Shown: positions 62,101-64,000 of the stretch, in pieces
How the letters are laid out: every line of letters starts with the position of its first letter
How positions within the stretch are numbered: position 1 is the first letter of the stretch
Assembly (NCBI RefSeq): GCF_963853765.1
Contig: NC_088854.1
Location: 12,152,001-12,216,000, forward strand
Source of the DNA: Magallana gigas
Taxonomy: Eukaryota
Length of the DNA: 64,000 bases
Direction: 5' to 3'
Program-made: the position numbers and the translations under genes
Notes under the pieces: model-generated
Seen by the model: only the letters and a program-made list of their open reading frames with translations
What the model was told of the DNA's origin: nothing
Database searches by the model: none

Positions 62101-64000
62101 CATACATGTATGCTGAGTGAATTAACTGCGGGGAGATTTGTAGTTTAAAGTTTCGAGGCCACTAAACTTTAATCTTTACGTCATCGAAACGTCACAATTT
62201 AGAAGAACCTGAACGTTTGTAGAATAATGAATGACCAAAGGTAGTACAGTGAATTATTATGTACCAAAATCTGTATCCGCTTAATATAGATCTGTGACCT
62301 TCATTTTTAAAGCGCTAAGCATAGCTCAGCGCTTTATTGTCGTTAGACTTCTACTTCCGGTGCAACGAATAACCGCCCCCTATGAGCAGACGTTTACATC
62401 ATTTAAACTGATTAGGGAACCAGTTTCAGGAGCTTGTGCACATAACTGGACGGGCTAGTACGGGCTAATGTGAATTTATTGTACGGGGCTTACATACATC
62501 ATTGCAGGGACTACCACGCAGTGATGAGGAAATATATTGCGTATACAGAAGCTGAAATGTTATATACATATATATTTTATACTAGTATACAAACAGAAGC
62601 TGTGTTAGCGCTTTTCAGTACTATCAGTACTTTGATTTTGTTTCGTCTCTAACACTTCTTATTCGTTACTGTACAATTGACCCGACTGCGGTCCCCCAAG
62701 GTGGTGTATTGTTCGGCATGGCCTTGTCTTTGTTTCCCATTTCGCAATATCAATGAATGGCTTTCTAGTGATGTTTAATAATTTAAAGGCTTTGTAGTGA
62801 TCACTTCTGGGTTGCGACCTGAGACTGCCTTCCCAGCCAAACAACAATAAACGTTGTCAGTTGATGCACCAGGGTGTCCCTTGAGGGTGAATTATACTTT
62901 ATGGTCTATGGAAGATCATTCCATTTGGAATGACTTTACTTCATAAATTCTGCTCTGTAATATAATCGATAGCATACGTTTAATGTTCTATATAATTTTT
63001 TCGATATTAATTTTCAAAATGATTCTAAAAGCATTTTATATAAATTATTAGTTTTAATCTCTTCCTTCAACATATCTTTTGATCGACAAAGTTTGGTACT
63101 TTAATTTCGCCATATTTTATACATCAGCACATACGTCACAGGTAAACGATGGTGAGTGGAAAATTTCACTGAAATCCCCCGTGACAATGTAATTAATGCA
63201 ACATGAATAATTCCTATGATTTTATTAGAGTGATATATTTTCCGGAATAACAAATTGTCAGCTCATTTAGACCATCAAATACTTTGATTTTTCATGCGGT
63301 TATGAAATTAGTTAGCTTTTAGACTTACTTAATTTTTGTGTGTGTTATAGTTGGTACCCTAAAGTATTGGTTCGTATGAAACGCACAGGAAAGCATTTTA
63401 CAGTTAATAATAAATAGATATTTCTCCGTTACGTTGTTTTGGGTTTTTTTATTTATATTATGCGTTGACATCCAGATACTACTAGAAAACTGACCAGTCA
63501 GGAAGGGCCCCGCTATGACAATTAATATAGAGAAGTGAAAAAAACTTTGAATTCCATCCTCTTTATATTAACAATGATGAAAAATAAATGCCCGGCATAA
63601 GATGTAAAGAACTGCAATATATATAAGGTGGTAAAAAAAATATGAAAATTATAAGTAACAACTGTATTTTTAAAATTTCAAGATAATTCCTGAATGTCCA
63701 AAAACTCTAAATAGTAACCTTGTATCTGCATAAAACAGGGATAACCTCATGTCTTATAAAGACACTAAATTAAATGTGTATTTAAAAAAGATTTAAACAG
63801 GTGTTTTATAAAATGCAATCCTTCAGTGAATGCAAATACATTGTATCACCCAGGGTTGACCTCAACTTCAAAACAAACATCAGTTGCAGACAAAGTTGTT
63901 CATTAATCTTCATATGACAGAGATAAGCCTCTAAATTTTCTGCAGCAGGCAAGATAATTAATCCCAGGGGATTAATTGTTCTGCTCTCTCATCCTTTTCT

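Noticed and set aside
62640-63100. Decayed minus-strand ORF start (MAKLKYQTLSIKRYVEGR...) and a hairpin at ~62307-62333 resembling a Helentron 5' end
   Set aside because: Probably TE debris, but I could not define a matching second end or a recognisable domain.
56330-64000. A fifth channel paralogue upstream of gene D
   Set aside because: I found no M4-type last exon or other Cys-loop exon on either strand.

Overview
AT-rich, intron-containing animal genomic DNA, most likely a bivalve such as an oyster (inferred from remembered repeat families, not verified by search). The main content is a head-to-tail cluster on the minus strand of four Cys-loop (pentameric ligand-gated) anion-channel subunit genes of the glycine-receptor/GluCl type. 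I assembled them by hand from GT-AG exons with consistent phases. Gene A runs from 9215 to <760 and its transmembrane exons lie beyond the left edge. Gene B is 23489-16494 (398 aa), gene C is 42189-38793 (390 aa) and gene D is 54032-49988 (392 aa). All share one 8-coding-exon plan. B, C and D have a near-invariant PAR-type chloride pore, while the ligand-binding loops differ strongly among all four genes. C and D appear to share a recent gene-conversion tract over M2-M3. Introns and spacers are dense with non-autonomous DNA transposons (TA- and TTAA-flanked MITEs, Helentron-type elements, a foldback element). They also hold fossil Crypton-type tyrosine-recombinase sequence, several long hairpin palindromes, mini/microsatellites and one 130-N assembly gap. 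I found no rRNA, intact tRNA or CRISPR array. Most ORF-track entries are spurious or are exon read-throughs.
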